Assembly: GCA_964057225.1 (NCBI GenBank)
Contig: OZ059898.1
Span: forward strand, 20,646,001-20,710,000
Source: Auanema rhodensis
Lineage: Eukaryota > Animalia > Nematoda
Reading direction: 5' to 3'
Length of the DNA stretch: 64,000 nt
Position numbers and translations under genes: made by a program. Numbering within the stretch: position 1 is the first letter of the stretch; the number at the start of each line of letters is the position of its first letter. A model generated the notes under the pieces. It was not told the origin of the DNA, did not search any database, and saw nothing but the letters and a program-made list of their open reading frames with translations. Shown in pieces: positions 62,301 through 64,000 of this stretch.

Positions 62301-64000
62301 ATGTCCATATTAGTCTAAAAACAAATTTTTATTGATATTGGTGCATGGTAACCATGACTTTGAAATTTACGTGAACTTTAATTTATGCTAATTAAATGTA
62401 CACGTGATGTGCACTTGGTATGTAACTCGCTTCACGTGAAAGATAAAGAGATGCGGTTTTCGAAATTAGATTCCCCATGTCCATATTAGTCTAAAAACAA
62501 ATTTTTATTGATATTGGTTCATGGTAACCATGACTTTGAAATTTACGTGAACTTTAATTTATGCTAATTAAATGTACACGTGATGTGCACTTGGTATGTA
62601 ACTCGCTTCACGTGAAAGATGAAGAGATGCGGTTTTCAAAATTAGATTCCCCATGTCCATATCAGTCTAAAAACAAATTTTTATTGATATTGGTTCATGG
62701 TAACCATGACTTTGAAATTTACGTGAACTTTAATTTATGCTAATTAAATGTACACGTGATGTGCACTTGGTATGTAACTCGCTTCAAGTGAAAGATAAAG
62801 AGATGCGGTTTTCAAAATTAGATTCCCCATGTCCATATTAGTCTAAAAACAAATTTTTATTGATATTGGTGCATGGTAACCATGACTTTGAAATTTACGT
62901 GAACTTTAATTTATGCTAATTAAATGTACACGTGATGTGCACTTGGTATGTAACTCGCTTCACGTGAAAGATAAAGAGATGCGGTTTTCAAAATTAGATT
63001 CCCCATGTCCATATCAGTCTAAAAACAAATTTTTATTGATATTGGTTCATGGTAACCATGACTTTGAAATTTACGTGAACTTTAATTTATGCTAATTAAA
63101 TGTACACGTGATGTGCACTTGGTATGTAACTCGCTTCACGTGAAAGATAAAGAGATGCGGTTTTCGAAATTAGATTCCCCATGTCCATATTAGTCTAAAA
63201 ACAAATTTTTATATTGATATTGGTTCATGGTAACCATGACTTCGAAATTTACGTGAACTTTAATTTATGCTAATTAAATGTACACGTGATGTGCACTTGG
63301 TATGTAACTCGCTTCACGTGAAAGATAAAGAGATGCGGTTTTCAAAATTAGATTCCCCATGTCCATATCAGTCTAAAAACAAATTTTTATTGATATTGGT
63401 TCATGGTAACCATGACTTTGAAATTTACGTGAACTTTAATTTATGCTAATTAAATGTACACGTGATGTGCACTTGGTATGTAACTCGCTTCACGTGAAAG
63501 ATAAAGAGATGCGGTTTTCGAAATTAGATTCCCCATGTCCATATTAGTCTAAAAACAAATTTTTATTGATATTGGTTCATGGTAACCATGACTTTGAAAT
63601 TTACGTGAACTTTAATTTATGCTAATTAAATGTACACGTGATGTGCACTTGGTATGTAACTCGCTTCACGTGAAAGATAAAGAGATGCGGTTTTCAAAAT
63701 TAGATTCCCCATGTCCATATTAGTCTAAAAACAAATTTTTATTGATATTGGTTCATGGTAACCATGACTTTGAAATTTACGTGAACTTTAATTTATGCTA
63801 ATTAAATGTACACGTGATGTGCACTTGGTATGTAACTCGCTTCAAGTGAAAGATAAAGAGATGCGGTTTTCAAAATTAGATTCCCCATGTCCATATTAGT
63901 CTAAAAACAAATTTTTATTGATATTGGTGCATGGTAACCATGACTTTGAAATTTACGTGAACTTTAATTTATGCTAATTAAATGTACACGTGATGTGCAC
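32329..64000 (+). repeat. 176-bp satellite, ~180 monomers with local higher-order structure, open at right edge
   Basis: Uninterrupted period-176 array with rare indel monomers (eight with an 8-bp deletion, a few with 1-2 bp indels). Confidence 0.99.

Noticed and set aside
50272-63449. Twelve near-identical 60-aa ORFs (MLIKCTRDVHL...)
   Set aside because: They are satellite monomers in which one TAG mutated to TAT or CAG. The 176-bp unit is not a multiple of 3, and the ORFs just reach the caller's length threshold.
11407-64000. CRISPR-like regular array
   Set aside because: Whole monomers repeat with no unique spacers and no cas genes. The context is eukaryotic.

Overview
Eukaryotic heterochromatin-like window, probably from a nematode (inferred from the retroelement type). 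About 82% is satellite DNA. A 351-bp tandem array (1-11406) abuts a 176-bp array, which has a 13-monomer inverted block (11407-13685) and then runs in the opposite orientation to the window end. Two retroelements interrupt the 176-bp array. (1) A 6873-bp BEL/Pao LTR element on the minus strand (16741-23613) has 859-bp near-identical LTRs, a 5-bp TSD, PBS and PPT. It carries integrase fused in frame to a phlebovirus-like Gn/Gc envelope plus an extra 238-aa ORF. Its gag/protease/RT region is replaced by an inverted piece of the same family (env 3' half plus a precise LTR end), which predicts a 146-bp hairpin and antisense env in its own transcript. (2) An apparently full-length CR1-like LINE on the plus strand (27793-~32328) has an ORF2 with no usable AUG, a candidate +1 frameshift site (UUU CGU UAA) and an in-frame RT deletion. 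No host genes or RNA genes were recognised.
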